Source: Sulfurimonas sp.
Lineage (GTDB): Bacteria > Campylobacterota > Campylobacteria > Campylobacterales > Sulfurimonadaceae
Direction of reading: 5' to 3'
Assembly (NCBI GenBank): GCA_026988245.1
Contig: JALSLR010000014.1
Location: forward strand, 6,660-70,659
DNA length: 64,000 bases
The position numbers and the translations under genes were made by a program. The notes under the pieces are model-generated. The model made no database searches, had not been told where the DNA came from, and was given only the letters and a program-made list of their open reading frames with translations. Shown piece by piece: positions 7,458-15,245 of this stretch; position 1 is the first letter of the stretch, and every line of letters starts with the position of its first letter.

Positions 7458-8723
7458 ATGAAAAAAATAATTATATCAACTATAGCTACTCTAGCTATTG
7501 CCTCTGTTAGCTTAAGTGCTAATGAAATTACTATTATGGATGAAAAATCTCCAGAATTTATGCTTGGGAAACAAACACATATAAATATGAAGTTTGTTCC
7601 TGATGACAACAAAGATATGTGGCTCAAAGCTGGTGTACGGATTCAAGGTACCTTTGAAAATGTCAATACTGACTATAATGGTAATAAAACAAATACTAAT
7701 CTCAGTGATGCTTATCTTCGCCGTGTTCGTTTTGAGGTAGCTGCTGGTTTTGGTCATGGTGTCTCTTTTACTATGGATGTTCGTAATGACAAATCTAACT
7801 ATGGTATAGAAAATGATGAGGGGACATTTAATGTAGGTGATGCTTATGTTAAAATTAAAAAACCATTTGATACCTCTCTTGTAAACTTTAAACTTTACCG
7901 TGCAAAGATAGATGTTTCTCGTACTGAAACTGTAAAATCAGCTCGTGTCATAGCATACGATAGACCTTATATCGCTGATATAGCAGCGCAGTACATCTCT
8001 TTTAACCGTCGTGGAACTAATGTTCAGATGTATGGAGATTGGGATAAGAAAATTCATTATCAAATTGCAACAGGTGCAGCTACATCTCCTAATAAAATTT
8101 ATGATGCAGCTGGTGATAAAGCATCGTCAGATGCTATAGAGCTTTCAAAACAAAGTTATTTCTTTGGTGGGAAAGTGGTACTTTCACCATTTGATGGTTG
8201 GGAAGAGACTTCAAGAACTGAAACATATTTTGGACAAGGGAAACACTTTGAAGTTGGTGCATCATACTGGTCAGTTCCTCAGTTAGCAGGAACTATTGGT
8301 AATGGAAGCGATTTTGATGTGAATCGTGATTTAATCAATCTTGAGGTTTCAGCACATTACAAAGGTCTTTTTGTACAAGCAGAATACTTTGACTTTAGTA
8401 ATGTTGTAAAAGACTGGAATCCAACTACTGGTGGACTTGAAACAAGTGATTCTACTGGTTGGTATGTAACAAGTGAATATGTTATTGCAGAGTGGGGTTT
8501 TGTAGCTCCTTTTGTACGATATGAAACGCAAGATAGATATGAAGCTTTAGCTGATGCTACAGTGACATCTGCTCTTGGTGGTATCAACTGGTACTTAAAA
8601 GGAAATACTATAAAAGCTGGAATTGTGTATCAACAAGACCACTTCGGTGTTGATGCTACAAGCAATGGCGGACAAGCAAAAGATGTTCAAAAAATCAAAG
8701 TAACTTCTCAGTTTTTCTTCTAG
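7458..8723 (+). CDS. Phosphate-selective porin (OprO/OprP-like)
   Basis: Signal peptide, 'YLRRVRFEV', 'DAYVKI', 'RGTNVQMYG', 'GINWYLKGNTIK', terminal Phe. Divergent from pstS. Confidence 0.8.
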   Translation: MKKIIISTIATLAIASVSLSANEITIMDEKSPEFMLGKQTHINMKFVPDDNKDMWLKAGVRIQGTFENVNTDYNGNKTNTNLSDAYLRRVRFEVAAGFGHGVSFTMDVRNDKSNYGIENDEGTFNVGDAYVKIKKPFDTSLVNFKLYRAKIDVSRTETVKSARVIAYDRPYIADIAAQYISFNRRGTNVQMYGDWDKKIHYQIATGAATSPNKIYDAAGDKASSDAIELSKQSYFFGGKVVLSPFDGWEETSRTETYFGQGKHFEVGASYWSVPQLAGTIGNGSDFDVNRDLINLEVSAHYKGLFVQAEYFDFSNVVKDWNPTTGGLETSDSTGWYVTSEYVIAEWGFVAPFVRYETQDRYEALADATVTSALGGINWYLKGNTIKAGIVYQQDHFGVDATSNGGQAKDVQKIKVTSQFFF

Positions 8724-8731
8724 ACACATAC

Positions 8732-8757
8732 AGTAGAGCATAGAGCTCTACTTTTTC
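8732..8757 (+). terminator. Rho-independent terminator of the porin gene
   Basis: AGTAGAGC-ataga-GCTCTACT followed by a T-run. Overlaps the stop of the convergent gene. Confidence 0.7.
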
Positions 8758-9425
8758 TTTCTCGTTTTAGAAACCCTCTCTTTGTTAACTTTATATTTAG
8801 CATTTTTTAGTTTTTCAATAATTTCTGCACTTACATTGAGTATATCAGAGATGATGTCTTCGTCGTCTTTTTTAAAATTTTTTCTGTTTGATTCAAAAAT
8901 ATATATCAACTCTTCAAAATCAATATCTTGTAAAAATGGATAAAGAGCGATGCACTTTTCCTCCTCGACTATCCAGTGACTTAAAACACATATAACTAAA
9001 AACTCAGGGATGTAAGCGGGCTTGTTCATAAAATGAGTACTCACTTTGTGGGCCATAGAATCGTAATAATACATTAATGGCTCTTCATGTTTAGCGAGTT
9101 TTTTCATCTGAGCATTTATCTTAGCCCCTTGGACTAAATTTATTAGATAGTCCGCATTGACTACATATTTTTGTAAGTTATTTTTTAAGTCACTTAAGGT
9201 TTTATATACTAAGTCAGTGTCTTCTTTTGAGCCAACTTCGGGTGAATACTTCATCTCATCTATATGTACAAAATACCTCTCAAGTGCTGTTCTCGCAAAG
9301 ACTAGCAAGGCTTCCGTTTTAACACCGCTTAGCATCGTAGGTTTTACTCTATGCGTGCAGTAGTTGTTTACTTCATCTTCTTGAATCTTTTTTATATTTT
9401 CATCAATAGCTAGGTTTCTTAACAT
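8748..9425 (-). CDS. Hypothetical cytoplasmic alpha-helical protein, last gene of the CA-SulP-BC operon
   Basis: 225-aa ORF with AAGGAG RBS 9 bp after the upstream SulP stop. Basic C-terminal tail 'RVSKTRKKK'. No motif recognised. Confidence 0.8.
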   Translation of the reverse strand: MLRNLAIDENIKKIQEDEVNNYCTHRVKPTMLSGVKTEALLVFARTALERYFVHIDEMKYSPEVGSKEDTDLVYKTLSDLKNNLQKYVVNADYLINLVQGAKINAQMKKLAKHEEPLMYYYDSMAHKVSTHFMNKPAYIPEFLVICVLSHWIVEEEKCIALYPFLQDIDFEELIYIFESNRKNFKKDDEDIISDILNVSAEIIEKLKNAKYKVNKERVSKTRKKK

Positions 9426-9434
9426 TGTGTCTCC

Positions 9435-11126
9435 TTAGTATCGCCAAAGAATTTTATGTTTTTTATTCTTTAAACTGTCATTCTTGAAGTTTAATTGACA
9501 ATCTTGAAGCTTTTTAATAGCATCGTTAAAAGTAGTAAATATATTTTCACTATCAACTAGATTAGGGATGAGGTCTATATTTTTTAACATATCTAATGGT
9601 TGCGGTTGAATGCCTACTATAACGACCGTAATATCTTTTTTTTGTAACTCTAAAATTGCATCTTCGATAGCATACATTCCTGACTGGTCAATACTTGGTA
9701 CTTTTTCCATCCTCAAAATAACTACACTGACATCTGGAAGTTCTTTCATCATTTTTTTAAAATGTGAGGTGAAACCAAAAAAGATAGGTCCATCAAAATG
9801 TTGGATATATATCTGATGTTTGATGTTATTTGAGATATTTTGTTCATCTGCTTCACTTGGAGAAGTTTCAAAATCATCAAGTATAGAGCTCACTGCTCTT
9901 GATTCTGCTGTATCACCCATCTGTTTCATGAAAAGTAATGATGCCATTATAAGGCCTACGGCAACTGCTTGAAGAAGATCTACAAATACAGTAAGTGTTA
10001 GTACTATTAACATAACTACAGCATCAGATCGAGGGACTCTTGAAATATGTTTGATACCTTTGTAGTCAATGATACCGATACCTACACTTACTAGGATACC
10101 TGCTAACACAGGAAGGGGAATGAGCTTTGCATATACACCAGCACCAAGGAGGACTATAAGTAAGATGATAGAGTGTATCATGCCGGCAAGTTTACCTGTG
10201 CCTCCTGCATTAATATTGACAACTGTACGCATAGTAGCCCCTGCACCTGGAAGTCCTCCTATAATACCAGCAATCATATTTCCTACACCCTGCCCAATAA
10301 GTTCTTTGTTTGAATTATGTTGAGTTTTTGTCATGTTATCAGCTACTACAGAGGTTAAAAGTGAATCTATAGCTCCTAATGATGCTAAGGTTAAGGCAGG
10401 GATAATCATAACCATAGGATGGTGCCAGTCCATGTTTAATAGAGTATCTATATGTACATCCGGTAAACCTTTAGGTATATTTCCTATTACTGGAACATTG
10501 AGTTCTAAAAATGCTGTGATGAATGTGAGTACTAAAAGTGCTACGAGCGTGGATGGTACCTTTTTTGTTACTCTAGGAAAAAGATATATGATAGCAAGAG
10601 TACTTAAAGAAAGAAAAATTGCTTCTTTGTTTATTTCATTTGCTATAGTGCCAAGGTTTGAAAATATATCAAGTATTTTCCCTGGTGATTTCATACCAAA
10701 AAAAGGAAATATTTGCATAATGATGATAATCATGCCTATTCCGCTCATAAATCCAGAAATGACAGGATACGGCATATATCGTATATATTGACCTATGCGA
10801 GCCACACCCATGACAACCATAAAAAGACCAGCTAGGACAAAAGTAGCTACTATAGTTCCAATAGCTGCTTCAACGGAGCCATATACTGCGATTTCTCCTG
10901 CAATTATTGCTGATGAAACAACTGTCATTGGACCTGTTGGACCAGATATCTGAGTATTTGTACCACCTAGGAGTGATGCAAAAAAGCCTAAAGCAATCGC
11001 TCCATAAAGTCCTGCAATTGCACCCATTCCAGACTGAACACCAAAGGCAAGGGCTAGGGGGAGCGCAACTATAGCGGCTGTAAGACCTCCAAATATATTT
11101 CCTGATAAGTTTTTAGTTTCTAACAA
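9435..11126 (-). CDS. SulP/SLC26 anion transporter with STAS domain, BicA-like (probable bicarbonate transporter)
   Basis: 'GGLTAAIVALPLALAFG', 'ISGPTGPMTVV', 'GATMRTVVNI', STAS 'FDGPIFFGFT...IDQSG'. TTG start with RBS. Confidence 0.9.
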   Translation of the reverse strand: MLETKNLSGNIFGGLTAAIVALPLALAFGVQSGMGAIAGLYGAIALGFFASLLGGTNTQISGPTGPMTVVSSAIIAGEIAVYGSVEAAIGTIVATFVLAGLFMVVMGVARIGQYIRYMPYPVISGFMSGIGMIIIIMQIFPFFGMKSPGKILDIFSNLGTIANEINKEAIFLSLSTLAIIYLFPRVTKKVPSTLVALLVLTFITAFLELNVPVIGNIPKGLPDVHIDTLLNMDWHHPMVMIIPALTLASLGAIDSLLTSVVADNMTKTQHNSNKELIGQGVGNMIAGIIGGLPGAGATMRTVVNINAGGTGKLAGMIHSIILLIVLLGAGVYAKLIPLPVLAGILVSVGIGIIDYKGIKHISRVPRSDAVVMLIVLTLTVFVDLLQAVAVGLIMASLLFMKQMGDTAESRAVSSILDDFETSPSEADEQNISNNIKHQIYIQHFDGPIFFGFTSHFKKMMKELPDVSVVILRMEKVPSIDQSGMYAIEDAILELQKKDITVVIVGIQPQPLDMLKNIDLIPNLVDSENIFTTFNDAIKKLQDCQLNFKNDSLKNKKHKILWRY

Positions 11127-11140
11127 TTTTTTCCTTCTTT

Positions 11141-12592
11141 TTAATGTCTAATGTTTAAGTTATGTTCTTTTATAGATGCTATTATATCTTCTAAGTGCTT
11201 GATTTTTTCTTCCTCTTTTCTCCGTTGATTATTGGCTTCAAGATTAAAAGTAGCAAGATTTTTGTCAAAGTATCCAGTATCAAAACGTGCATTTTTAAAG
11301 TCTTCATCTTTAGCAATTTGCTGATGCAAGGTTATGTTAGTGGGTATCCCCTCTATGATATACTCAGACAAAGCTCTTTGTGCTTTTTTGACAACGCCCT
11401 CCCAGCTTTTAGCATATACTATAAGTTTACCTATCATAGAGTCATAGTACGTTGGAATCTCATATCCTTTATAGGCAATAGCATCAAGACGAACTCCTGG
11501 ACCACCGGGGGAAAGGTACTCTGTAATAGTTCCAGGATGTGGAGCAAAGTCTCTACTTGCATCTTCTGCATTTATCCTAAACTCTATAGCGTAACCATGA
11601 AAGTGAATATCATCTTGTTTATACTGAAGTTTATCACCATCTGCTATCTCTATCATACGTTGGATGAGGTCAAATCCTGAGATGATTTCTGTCACTGGAT
11701 GCTCCACTTGTATGCGAGTATTCATCTCCATAAAGTAAAAATTATCTTGTGTATCTACTAAGTATTCAATAGTTCCAACACTTTCATATCCAAGCTGTTT
11801 CATTGCATCTATAGAGACGCGAAAAAGTTCTTGTCTGACATCGTCATTTAAATTTGGTGCTGGTGCTATCTCTACTACTTTTTGGTGTCGCCTTTGAATG
11901 GAGCAGTCACGCTCACCAAGATGCACAACATTTCCATAACTATCAGCAATAACTTGAATTTCTATATGTCGAGGGTTTTGTAAGTAGCGTTCTATAAATA
12001 CTTCATCACGTCCAAAAAACTTACGAGATTCACTCTGCGCATCATCAAATGATTTTTTAAAATCCTTAGCATCATGGACTATACGCATACCGCGTCCACC
12101 TCCACCAAAGGCAGCTTTTATGATGATGGGGTAGCCTATCTCTTTGGCAAAAGATTCCCCTTCTTGGTAGGTAGCGAGTGGTTCATCTGTTCCTGGGAGT
12201 ACAGGGACACCAACATCTTTCATGGCATTTTTAGAGGCTATTTTATCACCAAAGAGAGCGATATGTTCAGCACTTGGGCCTATGAAAATGATATTGGCGT
12301 TTGTACATGCTTGTGCAAAGTCTGCATTTTCAGATAAAAATCCATACCCAGGATGGACAGCATCACACTCAGCTTTTTTTGCTAAGGTCACTATCCGTTC
12401 ATAATCGAGATAGGCTTCTATTGGGTTACCAAGTATTGGGTATGCTTCATCGGCTTTTTTTAACCAAGCCCCATTGACGTCTACTTCTGAGAAAAGGCAA
12501 ACACTAGTTATGTTGAGTTCTTTACAAGCTCTTATGATTCTAAGTGCTATCTCACCTCTGTTTGCTATAAGTATCTTTTTAATTTTTTGCAT
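11141..12592 (-). CDS. Biotin carboxylase subunit (PycA/CfiB-like length and C-terminal helix)
   Basis: 'ILIANRGEIALR', 'HPGYGFLSEN', 'GGGGRGMR', 'ERDCSIQRRHQK', 'EMNTRIQVEHPVTE', 'YDSMIGKL'. 483 aa with a C-terminal extension. Confidence 0.92.
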   Translation of the reverse strand: MQKIKKILIANRGEIALRIIRACKELNITSVCLFSEVDVNGAWLKKADEAYPILGNPIEAYLDYERIVTLAKKAECDAVHPGYGFLSENADFAQACTNANIIFIGPSAEHIALFGDKIASKNAMKDVGVPVLPGTDEPLATYQEGESFAKEIGYPIIIKAAFGGGGRGMRIVHDAKDFKKSFDDAQSESRKFFGRDEVFIERYLQNPRHIEIQVIADSYGNVVHLGERDCSIQRRHQKVVEIAPAPNLNDDVRQELFRVSIDAMKQLGYESVGTIEYLVDTQDNFYFMEMNTRIQVEHPVTEIISGFDLIQRMIEIADGDKLQYKQDDIHFHGYAIEFRINAEDASRDFAPHPGTITEYLSPGGPGVRLDAIAYKGYEIPTYYDSMIGKLIVYAKSWEGVVKKAQRALSEYIIEGIPTNITLHQQIAKDEDFKNARFDTGYFDKNLATFNLEANNQRRKEEEKIKHLEDIIASIKEHNLNIRH

Positions 12593-14146
12593 CTATTTTT
12601 CTCCTATCTCGTTGTGGCAGTATGCTTTTCGTGTTGCTTTTATATTGTCGTCTGGTGCTGCTTTGATGAAGTCTTCAACTGTCTCCATAATGTCATGATC
12701 AACATATTGTGACTTTGAACAATCAACTACAAGAGTTGCATTTTCTGGTACTTTTAAAAGTAATTTTCTTAAAAGTGCTTTGTTAAGGAAAGAAACATCT
12801 TTATGAAACTGTATGGTATATTTATCTTCATCGTTCCTCATTGTGATAGATGCATGATAATTCGCACGAATTACAAAAAATAATCCTACAAATATACCTA
12901 TGATGATACCTTGAAGTAAGTCTGTTGCTATCACTGCAATGATGGTGATAATAAAAGGTAAAAATTGCGTTAATCCATCTTTGTACATGGTATAAAACTG
13001 GTGTGGATTGACAAGTTTAAAACCGATATAGAGTAAAATCGCAGCAAGTGCTGAGAGCGGTATCATGTTTAAATAGTTTGCTAAAAAAAGTACACTTAAC
13101 AAGAGCCATACTGCATGTAAAAAGGCAGATATACGAGTAACTCCACCAGCATGAACATTTGCAGAACTTCTTACTATAACGGCAGTGATAGGTAGACCAC
13201 CGATGAGTCCACTTAAAATATTGCCTAAACCTTGGGCTTTAAGTTCGCGGTTGGTTGGGGCTATCCTTTTGAGAGGGTCTAGTTTATTGACCGCTTCTAA
13301 GCTTAATAGTGTCTCAAGACTTGCTATGATGGCTAAAGTAATGGCAACTACATAGACTTGAGGGTTGAGAAAGACACTAAAATCAGGATGTACAAACAGT
13401 GCAGTAAGTTCTGAAAAATCATTCAAAATAGGGAGTGATACCAAATGTTTTGGTGAAACTGCAAAAGATGGAAAATATTCAAGAGCGATGAGGTTAAAGA
13501 TAACGCCCCAAAGAACAGCTATAAGTGCACCTGGTGTACGGCGAATGACAGTGAACTTTCTCATCCATGAGGTATCCCAAAGTATGAGTATAGCTAAAGA
13601 AACTAGAGCGATAGTTGTAGCCCCTTGTGAAATCGCTCCAAAGGAGTCAAAAAGCTCATGAAAACTAGAGTTTGCACTCTCCATCATGTAGCTATCATCC
13701 CCTTCAAAGCTTACATCATAGCCTACAGCATGTGGAATCTGTTTTATGATAAGTATCAAACCAATAGCAGAAAGCATAGCTTTTATAACAGATGATGGGA
13801 AAAATGCCCCTATGATACCAGCTCGTAAATATCCCATGACAAGTTGAATGACACCAGCTATAACTACGCTGAGTAAAAATGCTTCAAAACTTCCTAAGGT
13901 TTCAATCGCCATAAAAACTATAACAGTAAGTCCAGCCGCAGGGCCAGATACGCTAAGTTGAGATCCACTTGCCCATGAAACGACAAGTCCTCCGACTATC
14001 CCAGCTATAAGACCTGCAAAAAGAGGAGCCCCTGATGCCATAGCTATACCCAAACATAAGGGTAAAGCTACAAGAAAAACGGCAATACTAGCCGGAGCAT
14101 CATGCTTAAGATGCTTCGCGTAATAATCTAAATGCTTATGTATCAT
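12593..14146 (-). CDS. SulP family transporter of the carbonic-anhydrase-associated clade, short STAS-like tail
   Basis: 'VFLVALPLCLGIAMASGAP', 'VSGPAAGL', 'TAVIVRSSANV'. Start overlaps the CA stop. Confidence 0.9.
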   Translation of the reverse strand: MIHKHLDYYAKHLKHDAPASIAVFLVALPLCLGIAMASGAPLFAGLIAGIVGGLVVSWASGSQLSVSGPAAGLTVIVFMAIETLGSFEAFLLSVVIAGVIQLVMGYLRAGIIGAFFPSSVIKAMLSAIGLILIIKQIPHAVGYDVSFEGDDSYMMESANSSFHELFDSFGAISQGATTIALVSLAILILWDTSWMRKFTVIRRTPGALIAVLWGVIFNLIALEYFPSFAVSPKHLVSLPILNDFSELTALFVHPDFSVFLNPQVYVVAITLAIIASLETLLSLEAVNKLDPLKRIAPTNRELKAQGLGNILSGLIGGLPITAVIVRSSANVHAGGVTRISAFLHAVWLLLSVLFLANYLNMIPLSALAAILLYIGFKLVNPHQFYTMYKDGLTQFLPFIITIIAVIATDLLQGIIIGIFVGLFFVIRANYHASITMRNDEDKYTIQFHKDVSFLNKALLRKLLLKVPENATLVVDCSKSQYVDHDIMETVEDFIKAAPDDNIKATRKAYCHNEIGEK

Positions 14147-14804
14147 GATGCGTATCTTTAAGGTCTAAATCCTCAAGTGATTTAAAATTAGATGCATCTG
14201 GGTCATAATACTCTATATCCCCATTAGCTATGTCATATATCCATCCATGTATATGAATACTTCCATCTTCTACACCCTGTTTTACATAAGGGTAGGTCAA
14301 TAAGTTTTCGATTTGATACACTACTGAAAGCTTTTCAGTCAGTCGTAAAAGCTGATCATGACTAGCCTGTTTACCAATAGAGAGTTTTGCAAGGGATTTT
14401 GCTTTTTCACCCAATGTGAGCCATTTTTTAGTATGGACAAATGGTTTGTCTTCTATCTCTTCATAAAGAGCAGCTATAGCCCCGCAATGTGTATGACCAC
14501 AAATGATGATTTCTGAAACATTAAGCGCAGTTACAGCGTACTCAATGCCTGATGCTGTGGCATGAAAGTCTTCATCTGGTTTATAGGGTGCTACAAAGTT
14601 ACCAACATTTCTAAGAACAAACAAGTCCCCTGGATTAGTTTGTGTTATAAGGTTTGGTATCACTCTTGAATCTGCACATCCAATAAAAAGTGCTTTTGGA
14701 TGCTGTCCATTTTCGGCTAAATCTAGCAACTCTAGTTTATGTTTTTTAAAGTAACTTTTTTTAAATACATCGTTACCTTTTAATAATACGCTATTTTTAA
14801 GCAT
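14136..14804 (-). CDS. can: Beta-class carbonic anhydrase
   Basis: Zn ligands 'GCADSR' and 'CGHTHCGA', plus 'LRNVGN'. AAGGAG RBS. Confidence 0.95.
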   Translation of the reverse strand: MLKNSVLLKGNDVFKKSYFKKHKLELLDLAENGQHPKALFIGCADSRVIPNLITQTNPGDLFVLRNVGNFVAPYKPDEDFHATASGIEYAVTALNVSEIIICGHTHCGAIAALYEEIEDKPFVHTKKWLTLGEKAKSLAKLSIGKQASHDQLLRLTEKLSVVYQIENLLTYPYVKQGVEDGSIHIHGWIYDIANGDIEYYDPDASNFKSLEDLDLKDTHHDT

Positions 14805-14851
14805 AATTATCTCCTTGTAATAAATTTTATAAATATATATGAAAGTAAAAA

Positions 14852-15133
14852 TTATGCTTGGATGGGTGGTCTGAGAATGCTACTTAAATGAAGATAGTTG
14901 TAGAAAGTCTCTTCTACGGTATGGCTGTGGTAAGTTTTCTGTTGTAGAGTGATTGTGAGATGAGATAGAACGAAATCATCATCAATATATTTGTCTATGA
15001 TTCTTTTTTCAAAAACATACTCAATAGTTTTAATAGGTTTACTTTCTAAAACTATTGTACTTGAGATGTATTCAAAGGTCAAGATAGAGATGAACAATAG
15101 TGCCAATGTTAAACTAATGATACGTATTTTCAT
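14852..15133 (-). CDS. Small membrane-anchored leader ORF ending in ILRPPIQA (candidate ribosome-arrest/regulatory peptide)
   Basis: 93 aa, N-terminal hydrophobic helix, His-containing C-terminal part, C-terminal RPP. 47 bp upstream of CA, directly under a consensus promoter. Confidence 0.7.
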   Translation of the reverse strand: MKIRIISLTLALLFISILTFEYISSTIVLESKPIKTIEYVFEKRIIDKYIDDDFVLSHLTITLQQKTYHSHTVEETFYNYLHLSSILRPPIQA

Positions 15134-15139
15134 AGTTAC

Positions 15140-15168
15140 ATTGTATGTGTATTTTAGTATCTTGTCAA
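15140..15168 (-). promoter_or_regulatory. Sigma70 promoter giving a probably leaderless transcript of the RPP ORF and CA operon
   Basis: TTGACA (15163-15168), 17 bp, TACAAT (15140-15145), 6 nt, ATG (15133). No SD. Confidence 0.75.
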
Positions 15169-15245
15169 GGGAAAGTGAAGTTTGTGAGTATCTATAGTTT
15201 AAGTGATACTATAATACTCACAAATAATAAATATTTTTTTACTTA

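Noticed and set aside
15135-15139. Single GTAAC beside the RPP uORF start as a Pho box
   Set aside because: Only one half-site, with no 11-bp partner and the wrong position relative to -10.
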